Positions 12,326 through 25,400 of a stretch of 64,000 bases of DNA are shown in pieces (the stretch's first letter is position 1; every line of letters begins with the position of its first letter). A program made the position numbers and the translations under genes. Location: positions 1-64,000 of the forward strand of contig NW_026867216.1 of assembly GCF_026571515.1 (NCBI RefSeq). Direction: 5' to 3'. The stretch is from Ruditapes philippinarum (taxonomy: Eukaryota). The notes beneath the pieces were generated by a model that saw only the letters and a program-made list of their open reading frames with translations, did no database searches and was not told where the DNA came from.

Positions 12326-15300
12326 CTGAAAGCAGAATTTAATGAAAATGACGATGCGTTTATTCGTAATATTATAATAAGGTCTTCAGCCCAAAATACA
12401 AGCATGTTTTCATTGTTCAAAGTATTTTTAATTCAAGTTGGATCGTATCATATTCAATCAATTAGGATAAATGATATAACCAGACAGTTCTGGTGTTTCT
12501 TTTATGCTCAGTGAAGAAATGTGGTGCAATAAAAGGATATGTGGCAACTTGTGAGTGCACTGCAGTTATTGCACTGTCTGTGAAATGTTATACGCAACAC
12601 ATTAGCATTCTTATTCAGATTTTAACAACACTTTTAATGTAAATTTGATGAATTTGATGAATTCAAACACACAATAAGTATGTAAAAAATCCCGCAAAAA
12701 GCACATATTTAACTGTACAAACTAAACATACGCATTTGTTTATGATTCTAAATTAAGCAATGGAGTTTTAATCCTAAATCAATAGTATGCACTATGGTGT
12801 CCTGAATTGGCCATTAAATAGCGCCTGTTGACAAGCTATGAGATGACAGATCGTGTTCATCTTCAATCAAGGTGTTAAGAGGCGTTGATATAAACATGTA
12901 CTTACCGTCTTGTAAATACAGCAAGACTGCGGGTGTGCTGTCCAAAGCACATGTAGAGTCTGCCAATGTGAAACATTGAGGACTGTCCAGTTTGACCAAG
13001 GCCCGATAATTCCATTTCCAGTGACTGCATAAGAAACTTGTTAATACCTAAAATTATTATACAATATATCTATTATAATCATTAAAAAATAAATACAGGT
13101 AAAAGTATTCTGTCAGAAGTTGTAGTTGTTGTTGTTGTGCGAGTTTCTTTGTCATCTATATGTGATCAAACCTATGATAATACAGTCTAAATTTTGAAAG
13201 AATTGGATGGATGTACAGCAGGATAGACGGACGGACGGAAGAACATTCTAAGGGGATAGACATCTGAGGGGATTTACATTAAAGGTTGTTCCATTGATAT
13301 TTTTTTTGATCTTTTACATCTTTATACACTTTTTGTCAACGATACAAGCGACTTCTTCCGCCAAAGTATTACTGTGTGTATGGTATGAACCTTATTATGT
13401 CAGATTTTACACAAAAACATTCACCCAATCCTCCTATTATAATGTATTGTCCCTTAGATCGGACAAACGGACAAATGTGCCGAAATTTTGAGTTAATTGG
13501 CTTTGTCTTTGGTCTAACCAAACAAACCAAACCATTTTCCTCACATACCAGTGCAATTGATTGGTTTATGTGCTTTTCACCTTTTTTATTAATTAAATAA
13601 TACATGTCTGCTTCCTGGAACTTACCAGCTTGATACACTATTAACAGAAATGCAGTTAAAAAACCAAAGTTACTTATATATAATGAGCAAATTTATAATA
13701 ATACATGTATCATGATAGATACCCAGCAATTGTAGTTTCCACTAATCATAGATCTTGTAATCAGGTATTGTTCTAAAGGATGATCTTTTAAGAATCCTAG
13801 GCATTGTAACTCTGAAATCAAATGGAAAATAATTAAAAATAGCATGACATTTCAATATTATCTTAGTTTACTTACTCTTATGTATCGCTTCAAAGTTAAA
13901 ACTGTCTACTTATATTAACTGAACGGAAAACTTATATAACGGTGCTATTTAGTTTAAACATAAGTATATTATTATTTAAGTTTGCCGGTGAAAAAGTTTG
14001 AAGCGTGTTTGAACCACTTCGGAGTCCGATTCCTGGAAGTAAGAAGTACTGGTGTTATGCTCGAGTACGAGTAGTGCTGGAACCAATGACCCGCGGGCTG
14101 AGGAGCCGAGACCGTAATCACTTGGCAAAAATTTGTCTATTTGTCTAATAAAAAGCCCTGTTTTAAATGTGTATAGTAAATATAATTTATAAACCAGTTT
14201 ACCCATAGGTGCAGCTAAATTTCTGCACGTGTGAGACCTTAAATTAAGCACTCCTCGTGTCACACATCCGTCCGAATCCCAGTCAGATATTGTACCCGTA
14301 CACGCCTCGCCATACACCGTGCCATTAAACGGTATAGTGTGTGAAAACCCGCAGTATTCGTCCCTAAGGTGGCCGTCCACTGTAAATAAAAAACACGGGC
14401 ATTTGTCCCGATTTCATATCTTATATCCATGAAAATAGCCATTCAAAATGAAAGTGTTTTTTCCAGGTGTTTTGGAAAACAAACTATATTCCAACCACTT
14501 CATATCCTTTTTGAAAAAAATCTTCATGTATACAGTATACTCTTTAGATAAAGTAAAGACTGTATAATTGTCAATGCTATTTGCAAATAAAAATGCATGA
14601 CAATTCTTTCTCAAATGATTTAGTTTTCTAATATTATAACGTTTAAAAATTCGAAAATTTTCAACATATTTCCCCCCTATTTCAACATCGGTTGTTGAAG
14701 CACTAAAGTGAATAAAGTGATGATAAAAGCTTTAGCACCAAAGCAATAACGCCTTCACCTTTTCTTGCTAATGAAGTTAATTTGATTTTCTTAAAATTAC
14801 AAAATGATTATTTTATCATAAGTACAGAGAGGATGATTTAATTGTGAAGTCTTACTTCGGAAAAACAACTGATACTGCTTTGGATTAGAATATAATTATT
14901 CTACTAAGGATGTCGATCCAGACCAGATTGAACCCAATCATATGTGGTACCAGACCAGGCAAGATACCAGACCAAACTAAGTACCATGCCTGGCGAGGTA
15001 CCAAATAAGACAAGTTACCAGACAAGATGTGGTAACAGGCTAGACGTTGTACCGTAACAGACGTGGTACAAGACCAGACTAGGTATTTGACTTGATGTCT
15101 TTCCAAAATCAGATGTAGTACCAGATAAGACGAGGTACTAGACCAAAAGTTGTACCAGAACAGATATCATACAAGACCAAACGTGGTACCAGATTAGATG
15201 TGGTACCAGACCAGATGTGGTACCAGACCACCAGCGTTGCACCAGATCAGATGTCCTACCAGCCCATGTTTGTACCAGAACAGACATGGTACCAGACCAG

Positions 15301-16431
15301 ACGTACGCGTGGTACCACAACAAATGTCGTACCTGACCAGATGTCGTACCAGAACAGGCCTTGTACCAGACAAGATATTGTACCAGATCAGACATGGTAC
15401 CAGATTAGACGTGCTACTAAACAAGATGTTGTACCAGAACAGACGTGGAACCTGGTACCATGTTTCGCAGTCACCCTTTATTCTAAAAAACGATAAATAG
15501 ATCTTACATGCAAACGAAATTTTAGCACAAGGCAATTTTGTCAGCATGAAAAGAGTTAATAACTTAATACGTACATATAAGGTTTTTCATGTTACTGCTC
15601 CTGTACGGGTCATGTACGGGACTTTTGTGGTCCTCAAAATGACAAAGACTGTCAAATCCAATATCTGTTCTGTAGCTCTTTCCTGGAAAAAAGAACATAT
15701 TTTATACATATTGAGAATGCTACACAAATACCTTATAAATGCACTTATTTTAAACAAGGTTTTTGAAGCATGGCTTAATCTAAATAATGCATTATACATA
15801 AAATAATTGTACATGATTTTTCTTTAATATAAAGATAAGAAAGAATATGAAGATCGTATGCATATATTGATGTAAAATGCGATTTTTTCATTGTCGTTTA
15901 TCATACACTTAATACTGATAAATGAAAATTATATGAGCAACTTGGTGTCTTACCAACACGGAACTGTAGAATATTGTTGTTTCTTCTATCCAGTTCGAAA
16001 CATGTGTAACGCATTGAACTGAAAATATGAAAAATGATAAAAACAAAATGAAACAGTGCCAATGTTACAGACTCGGAGTGGAAGTCTGACTTAATCCATA
16101 ACGCAATAAATTAAAAAAGTTTATGCAGGTATATGCCAAAATTTCATCAAGAGCAGGCCAATCATTGTAATCCATTTTTTTTCTTAAATATTAACCCTTA
16201 GCCTACTGGCAGGGACTTGTGCAGACCAGGATTAGCTGACACACCCATATTATAGTCTGCACCGTTTACTGTTTATACAATAAATATTTAGAAAATTTAA
16301 ACAATTACAAACAGATCAGCCTCCAAAAGATCAATAAAAATGTCAATGCCTTTCAAACATTATTTCAAAATAATATTGAGAAATTTTATGAAAAGTGATG
16401 ATAATGATGAACGTGATGATGATGATGAAAG

Positions 16432-16471
<40 letters not shown>

Positions 16472-19400
16472 AAGGAGGAAGACGATGAAATGACGTTACT
16501 AACCAGCCATTGTTGAATACTGTAACTGTTTTGTAGAGTCTGTCACTAAACACACTTTTTTCCTTACATATAAACGTGCCAAACTGTGAGAAACGTATAG
16601 CAGTGTCATTTATCTTGACCTCTTCCTTATGAACCGTGTCATAAAACAACCACGTGCCTTGTACACGTGACGCAAAGGGACACAACATGTCAAACGTGTC
16701 ACTATTTTCAGCTGAAACAAGAAAAAATATTTTTTAACATAAAACAGACACAGTCATGTAACGATTTTATTTAATCATTTTGTTATGAAAGAATAGGCGT
16801 TGATTTATTACTACATTAAAAATCACAAGTCAAACACGATTTGATACCAAATACATCAAGTTTTAATTTAGAAGTGTGAAGTTTGAATTGTTACGTTTGA
16901 AGTTCAAACTTATGTCTTAGTCATTTGTCTTATTTCACACTTTCATCCTCACACTACACAACTATGACATACCATCAATAATTTGAGTGTTAAGGAATAC
17001 GTTGATAAATGATATAAGGTTTCAACTTTTTTAAAAAGAATAGTAGTAAATCCTTGACCCATATTTTGCGTTCAATTCAATTAATTAGTAAATGTCAATG
17101 TATACTAAAGAAAATTATTATTACAAATTCACAATTTAAAGTGGGTCTACAAAGTATTTCAAATATTGATAAAATAACTAGAAATGTATCAAACTGATAT
17201 TGTTATAAAATATTTCCTGAAAAATATATTGATGAAAAAGTTCTTAGTGGTTCAGTATGAACATTTATATGATGAACAATGATATTTTGTTCTAGAATAT
17301 TTTATTATTTCCTATTTATTACATGCTTTTCGGTGGTTTATAGAAATATATCAGTGATATAAAACTTGTAATTTCACTGTTTAAAACAGTGAAATTATCA
17401 ATTTGATAATTTCATTGTTTTAATTTAAGCCCCTTACGTTGTTGTAGTGAAATACCAGGGTGCACAGTACTGGGAACCAACTTAATGACGTGACGTCGTA
17501 AATGACGTCACGTTGTATTATTATTTGGCGTGTTTTTCATTCAATATTAGGTTTTATCACACACCCGTGCCGATTTTGCGACTCCGTAAATATGGTATTG
17601 CACGGCCGTGCATATATTTTGACGTGACGTCATTAGCGTTATACAAACATAGTGTAAAGAGCGCTAAATGTTAGCGTTGTACTATAGGCGCGTCAATGAA
17701 AAATGACTCTTATTTCACTTTAAACAGTCTTTATTTTGGGTATGTGATAAATAGAATATTAAATTCATGTAAGTTCATTACTGAATTTATTGCACTCGTT
17801 GAATAAAATAATATTATGCTCGCCAGAGGCTCGCATAATATAATTTTATTCAACGAGTGCAATAAATTCAGTATTGAACTTACACTCATTCAATATCCTC
17901 TATAAATGACTTTATTAAACGTTTCTTTGCATATAATAAAAAGAAAAAAATGTTTAGTTTAGTGTAAGATCGAAATATTTTTCACCTTGTGAACACCAAA
18001 ACTTCATATTTCACTCGTGGCTGCGCCACTCGTGAAATATACCTTTTGGTGCTCACTCGGTGAAATATATTCCGATCTTACACTGAACTAAACAAATATG
18101 AATATATAAATATATAAATATTTGTTATATCAGATCATGTATCTTACACTTACCAGCAACATCCATGCATAATTCTAGGGAAAGCCATGGCTGTCTGATA
18201 TTGTTCTTTTTCAATTTATTTAACCATTTGGATAATATATGAGTTCACTTCGACTAATTATGAATTGAAAACACCTTCTTATTTAACCGGAATCCATTAT
18301 GTTAATCCACAGTTACAATATATGAAACCATACCGTCAATGTATGAAACCGAGTTAGCAATATATAAGTTGATTTTCTCAATATATGATTCCAATTCTTC
18401 AATATAATTATGGTACCAAAGTAGCCATGTATGGAACCAGATGTCCTTATATGAAACCGAATTATCAATATATTAATTCATTTTTACAATATATGAAACC
18501 ATTTTATCAATGTATGGAACCAAAGTAGCAATATATGAGTTGGTTATACCAATTATTCAATACATTTGTATATGGAACCAAAGTAGCAATGTATGAAACC
18601 AGGTGTCCTTATATGAAACCAAATTATCAATATATTTATTCATTTTTACAATATATGAAACCATTTTATCAATGTATGGAACCAAAGTAGCAATATATGA
18701 GTTGGTTATTACAATATATGATACCAATAATTCAATATATGGAACCAAAGTAACAATGTATGGAACCAGGTGTCCTTATATGAAACCAAATTATCAATAT
18801 ATTAATTCATTTTTACAATATATGAAACCATTTTATCAATGTATGGAACCAAAGTATCAATATTTGAGTTGGTTATTACAATTTATGATACCAATTATTC
18901 AATATATGGAACCAAAGTAACAATGTATGGAACCAGGTGTCCTTACATGAAACCAAATTATCAATATATTAATTCATTTTTACAATATATGAAACCATTT
19001 TATCAATGTATGGAGCCGTAGTATCAATATATAAGTTGATTATCACATTATATGATACCAGATCTTCAATATATGGATCCAAGTAAGTCATGTATGGAAC
19101 CAGATGCCCTTATATGAAACCGAATTATTGATATATTAAATCAATTTTACAATATATGAAACCAGTTTATCAATATATGTAACCGAAGTAGCAATATATG
19201 AGTTGATTTTCACATTATATGATACCAGTTCTTCAATATATGATACCAAAGTAGCAATATATTGAACCAAAATGTCATTATATTAACGGGACTTTTTTTA
19301 AAGGCTGTATTCTATCCTTGCACCGGTATTACAGTTTCGCGCCAATATTCCTTGTTTAAAGAACAGCGTGCTTCACTGACTGCATACTGCACATTTTCTG

Positions 19401-22400
19401 AATAAGGAAATATTTGAATTTAACGTCACATTCACTTAAAATGGGCTGGGCAGGCAAAACTTATCGTTATATTTGTAGGAGTTGTATGTCATAATTTAAG
19501 CTATTGAGTCGTACTGACCATTAACAAAAACATATTTAAAAAATAAGTTCATCTCGACCTTTACCTTTGATCAAAAATAGGCATGGCCAGTAGGACACAT
19601 CAAGGTTAATCTACTCACAAAGTTTAATATTCAGTCAAATAATAATTGATTTCATGAAAAAGTGTATGCATTGTAATAACAGAACCCAGTGACCTCGGCC
19701 TTTAAATTGTTGACTTGAAAATTGCTATCATAGAATGTAACATCAACTTATATACTAGCTGCTACTTTGGTTCCATACATTAACAAAATGGTTTCATATA
19801 TTGTAAAAATGACTTAATATATTGATAATTCGGTTTCATATAAGGGCATCTGGTTCCATATATGGCTTCTTTGGTACCATATATTGAAGAACTGGTATCA
19901 TATAAAGTGATAATCAAGTCATATATTGCTACTTTGGTTCCATACATTGATAAATTGGTTTCATATATTGTAAAAATGAATTAATATATTGATAATTTGG
20001 TTTCATATAAGGACATCTGGTTCCATATATGGCTATTTTGGTACTATATATTGAAGAATTGGTATCATATAATGTAATAACCAACTCATATATTGCTACT
20101 TTGGTTCCATACATTGATAAATTGGTTTCATATATTGTAAAAATGAACTAATACATTGATAATTCGGTTTCATATCATGACATCTGGTTCCATATATGGC
20201 TACTTTGGTACCATATATTGAAGAATTGGTATCATATAATGTAATAACCAACTTATATATTTCTACTTTGGTTTCATAAATTGATACATTGGTTTCATAT
20301 ATTGAAAAATGAATTAATATATTGATAATTCGGTTTCATGTAAGGACATCTGGTTCCATACATGGCTACTTTGGTACCATATATTGAAGAATTGGAATCA
20401 TATATTGAGAAAATCAACTTATATATTGCTAACTCGGTTTCATACACTGACGGTATGGTTTCATATATTGTAACTGTGGATTAATATAATGGATTCCGGT
20501 TAAATAAGAAGGTGTTTTCAATTCATATATAGTCGAAGTGAACTCATATATTATCCAAATGGTTACATAAATTGAAAAAGAACAATATCAGACAGCCATG
20601 GCTTTCCATATAATTCTGTCATGGTTTGATGTCGTGTCTGTTCTTAAAAACAGTAATTATTTACTATATCACAGACCTTCCATTATAGAACAATTCACTT
20701 TAATACTTACTACATTTCTTGCACGACCGTTGGCAATGAACTGCGTATTTCTCTTCCTTTTTGCACTGTCCTTTCTTCTCAACCATGTGGCATCTCTCAG
20801 TATTATCATCAACACATTTATCAGGTGCTAAAGTATCAAATTATTAAGAATATATCCAAGGTATTCCTACACATTTTTTTTGTTCTACATTAATGCAGTA
20901 ATTCCATATACAGCTGGATTGTTGATGAAGAAAAGTCCTCACAATATGCCTCAGAAATGAGTAAATTTTTGCTTATTAATAAAGGGCAAACATGAATTTT
21001 ATACTGTTTTTAAAATGGTTTTAGAGGATGTCAGATGCTTGTTACGTGAATAAAGTAGCGATAAATGTAAAATAATGTGTGATAAAAGAATAAAGTAGCA
21101 AAATGTAAACAAATTAGTATTTTGACTTACATACAAAATACTTATAATGCACTATAACTGCACTTATTGTCAAAAAGCAACAGATGAAAAAAAGATAGTT
21201 CAACTGGCAAATTATAACTTTTTGGACCAAAATTAAAAGCTTTTGAGAAATAAAAGTATTCCTAAGGTGATATAGGTCTTTAAACAGTAAAAAAGTTGTT
21301 TTTACTTATTTAGAACATTTGTATAAATATGGTTTGATAAAGATAAAAATAAACCTATTGTATTCATTTCCAGTTCATGATACTCTATTCCAGTCGGTGG
21401 CATACCGTCTTCTTGCAAGGGGCAAATAACACTGAAGTATACCATCACCTGAAAACTCTGAGTAATTTCCCTTGGAAAACGCTGAAAGAAAGTGAAATTC
21501 AGGCAAAGTGAAAATCAGGCAAACGATTTTTGTGACTAAGTAATAAGTAAACATGTGTATTTGTTTATATGACGAAGTAAATTAATTCTCCATTTTTTAA
21601 AGTTTCTATTCAAGAAACAATAATAATTATATTTTCAGTTACGCATACTACGAAGAAAACTTTTACTTTTCTGAAACTTACGAGACAGAACTGGGGCTCG
21701 CCGTTAGCGTCACCGACAACGAGGAACGTGTAATATAACTCTTGCCAACCAGCCCAACAATAAAACCGTGACACTGAAATAAGAAAAATATTAACATATT
21801 GCTTGATACTACACACATTTGATTTAACCAAATAAATTTTGCCGTTCTTCGTCATTTTCTGTGTCGTTCAATCAATTTTTTATACAGGCTTATATAAAAC
21901 CTGTCGAAAATATGCTATAAATCGCGTTCCATAGACTCGTGTGATATGTCTTTTAATTAAAAGTGATGTTATAAACATGTATAAATTACCCATTCCAGGA
22001 AGTTTCATTATGGATACCATATGTAAATAACATATTTTTACAATATATAAATTTCTGCAATAGTTATTTGTATAAATGTAACTTCAAAATAGTCAATCAC
22101 ATTTACAGCTGTATTTCAGATGTTATAAACAGTACTAACATTATCAAAGTTCTTCCGAAACCACGAACACATTAAAGGCCAATTATACCCCAGAAATGTG
22201 TTCATTTCATTTCTCAAAAACTTTTTTTAATTTTTGGTATCTTGTTACAGTTTCCAAAAAATAATACCCATTTGCTATATACATGAGTCATCTTCTGCTG
22301 ATTTTGTTATGTTGGCAATAGGTATAATCACAGTTAATTGGTATTTTTGTATAGAAGTCAAAATACAACTTTGTTTACATTTTGCTACTTTTTACAACAC

Positions 22401-25400
22401 ATTACTACATGTTCAGTGCTACTTCATCAGTTGTTAAACATCTAACATGCCAATTGCTCTTAATCCATTATTAAAACATTATTAAACAAATAAAATGACA
22501 TTTCTAAAGAATTAAAAAAATATTGATTTCTGAAGCATAATGTGCCTTTAAGAAGTATATTTATTAATTCACTTCAACAGGAAAGTGTCGTTGAAACAGT
22601 GGAATTATGTGACATCATTTACGCGGTTTGTGACGTTGTTGACGGATGAACAAATTAACAAGGGAGTTTGTTTATTAAAGAAATTAAACATTTGCTTGAA
22701 ATCAGACTCATATATATTTTATAAATTTTTTCCCGCTATTATACTTTTTATAGTCTTATTAGCTCTTTCTCCAGATTTTTATGACAAGTTTTTATTCATT
22801 TTTTTTTTCAATTGTACTTTCAACAGTTACAAGAGTCTGAAAATCTTTCTAAATCTTGCGACATTGTTGGGACTTAGAAATTGTAAATTGGTTTCAAACG
22901 GTAGGTGTAATAGGATAATTAGTTTGAGACAATTTTAGTGTTACAAGCTCCGCTTCCCGCATCATTTGTCGGTGTTTTACATAAAAAGCTACCAGCAAGT
23001 GAAAATAATCAACATTCAGTATAGAAGAACACTGGTGCCTATTTTGGAGACAAAAGTAACGTAATTACACTCACAAAATCTTTATATATACTGAAGATTT
23101 AGATTTCCGTGAAGATTTCCTAGAAAATTCTCTATTATATTTAAAGTACAATTTTCTTCTTTTATCTAGACTATAATACAAAAAAACCCTAACAATGAAA
23201 GTTGTCAAATGAGTAAAATGATAATTTTTCCTTCTTATGGGAAGGAAGAACTATGTTTGTTGAAACTCACAAAGACATGACAAAATAAAACTTCACCTTG
23301 AAGTCCAAAGCATGCAGAATGTATGGACCTCGCCATTTTGAATCATGGACTGTGCCATTTTTATATTAGGAAGTTTGACTTTGAGTTAAGATTACAAAGT
23401 AAGCTGTTATCATTGAACAAATAAAGCATAGTTTAGTTTTAAAAAAAAAAGCAAATAAGTTATTCATCACCATACATTTATCTTAACTATGATATAAATG
23501 TCATTTTTTTTAAAATAATTTCTTCGTTTTCTGTAAAATGCATAGTGACCCCTCCCCCTTGTAATCGACGAGTCTAGAAAATAACATTTAAGGACATGAA
23601 TGGTGTTGACATTTCCGAGGTCCGTACTCTCAGTGCCTGAAAGGGCGGCTGAACCTTAATTAAGCCTAGAATACATACAATACAACCCCGTTTCAAAGTC
23701 AAAGCATTCAACGAACTGTTGTTAGTATTTATACAATTCATAGAAAGAATAAAGAGAGCGTTCGTACAGTGTTATTTACAGAAAATAATCAATTAAGACA
23801 ATTCTAGGAAGGGAACTGAAGATTCCTCGAAACCAGGTAAAACGAAATAACACAACACACAAAAGCATAGTTGACAATTGTACTCTCGGATAGTCTGTTC
23901 ATAAGAGATAATAAAAAAAATGCAACATAATCCTCTATGCTTTGACTTTCAAAGCGGCCGCACAAAGTTTATATTATTTCTGAGAAGTCGCTGCGACCAA
24001 ATATCTATACTATTTTAGAACTTCGCCATTTCAAAACTTCTCATATGTAAACAGTAGCATAAAAGATCGTGTAATAGTAATTAACTTCTTGTTTAAAACT
24101 TCAATTTAATTAGGAAAACATTTAATTATGCCCTAATTAAAAAGTAAATAACTTTGACATATCGCTTGCACATGTTTTAACTGACATATCTGTTTGAAAA
24201 AAGTTATATTAAAAGGTTTATTATGCCCTAGAAACGTATAGATTCTTATTTCTTAAGAATGGGCAAAAATGAGTTTTGAAATGTTTAAAATAGTGATTTC
24301 AGATTATGCTGGATGCTTGTTGTCAGAAGAATGCAGCAACAGAAGAAAAAACGATTGTTTATGTTATTGGCTAATGAGTTACATGTACTTTTTGGAAACT
24401 ATAAAAGTACAACAAAAACAAAAAGCGATTGTGAAATAAAAATGAAATCGTTTCTGAGGCATACGAGGTATGATCAAAAAGTTCTCGACCCGATTTTTTT
24501 CTAGTCACTACACTGGCATTTACACACTATACGGTCGATACCGATATCTTTTCGAGTTATACGCGGTTTTAACATGAAACACACTTTGATCATTATAGGG
24601 GTGTGTCATTTAGACCAAATGGAGAAAGTTGAAATCAGAGCCGTCATGGATACACTTAGGAAGGAGTCCCCCTTCTATAGCACTGTGAAAAAATGAGTAT
24701 CTGAATTTAAGAAGGGCAGAGAGATCATTGGAGATGATGAGCGGCCTGGATGGTCAAAAGAGGCCATCAACGATGAAACTGCCAAAGCTGTGCACGATCT
24801 GGTCATGTGCGACAGAAGGCGAGACCTGTGAAGCATTGCTAGGGAAGTGGGAATACGCTTTGGTTCAGTTCAGGCAATTCTGACTGATGTCTATGGCATG
24901 TCAAAGGTTTCTGTTAGATGGATCACCAGACAGTTGACTGACGACCAGAAACGAACCAGGCTTGACATTTCAAGATCGTAATTTAATTGTGTACATTGGG
25001 TTGAACTTGCAAAGTGGATCATTTGGATTACTGTGGTCAAGATATCTTTTGTCTCGCTACGAGGATGAACCCGATTTTATCCACCGGATCGTAACTCAGG
25101 ATGAAACATGTGTGTATCACTTCGATCCAGAATCCAAAGAACAGAGCATGCAGTGGAAGCATCCTGGCTCACCCACCCATTCAAGAGAGTGCCATCAGCA
25201 GAGAAGATGATGGCTGCAAATTTTTGGGATAGTCAGGGAATAATCATGATTGACTGTCTTGAGCAAGGTCGTTACATAAACGGTGCGTACTATGCAGTTG
25301 AATTTAGACGTCTGCGTCAAGAAATCGCACGTAAAAGGAGGGGCAAACTGACTCCTGCACAACAATGCGCCAGCTGACACTTCTCAAGTTGCGATGGCTG

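Noticed and set aside
13626-13637. 12-nt microexon (ag|TGTATCAAGCTG|gtaagt, CIKL) between exons 15 and 16
   Set aside because: In frame with a good donor, but too short to distinguish from chance and it would break the parallel with exons 8-9.
16386-16503. Poly-His tail on ORF 16386-16688
   Set aside because: Read-through past the donor at 16503 into an intronic (GAT)n microsatellite.
18557-20114. Repeated MYGTK...YMKP ORFs
   Set aside because: Translations of the foldback tandem arms.
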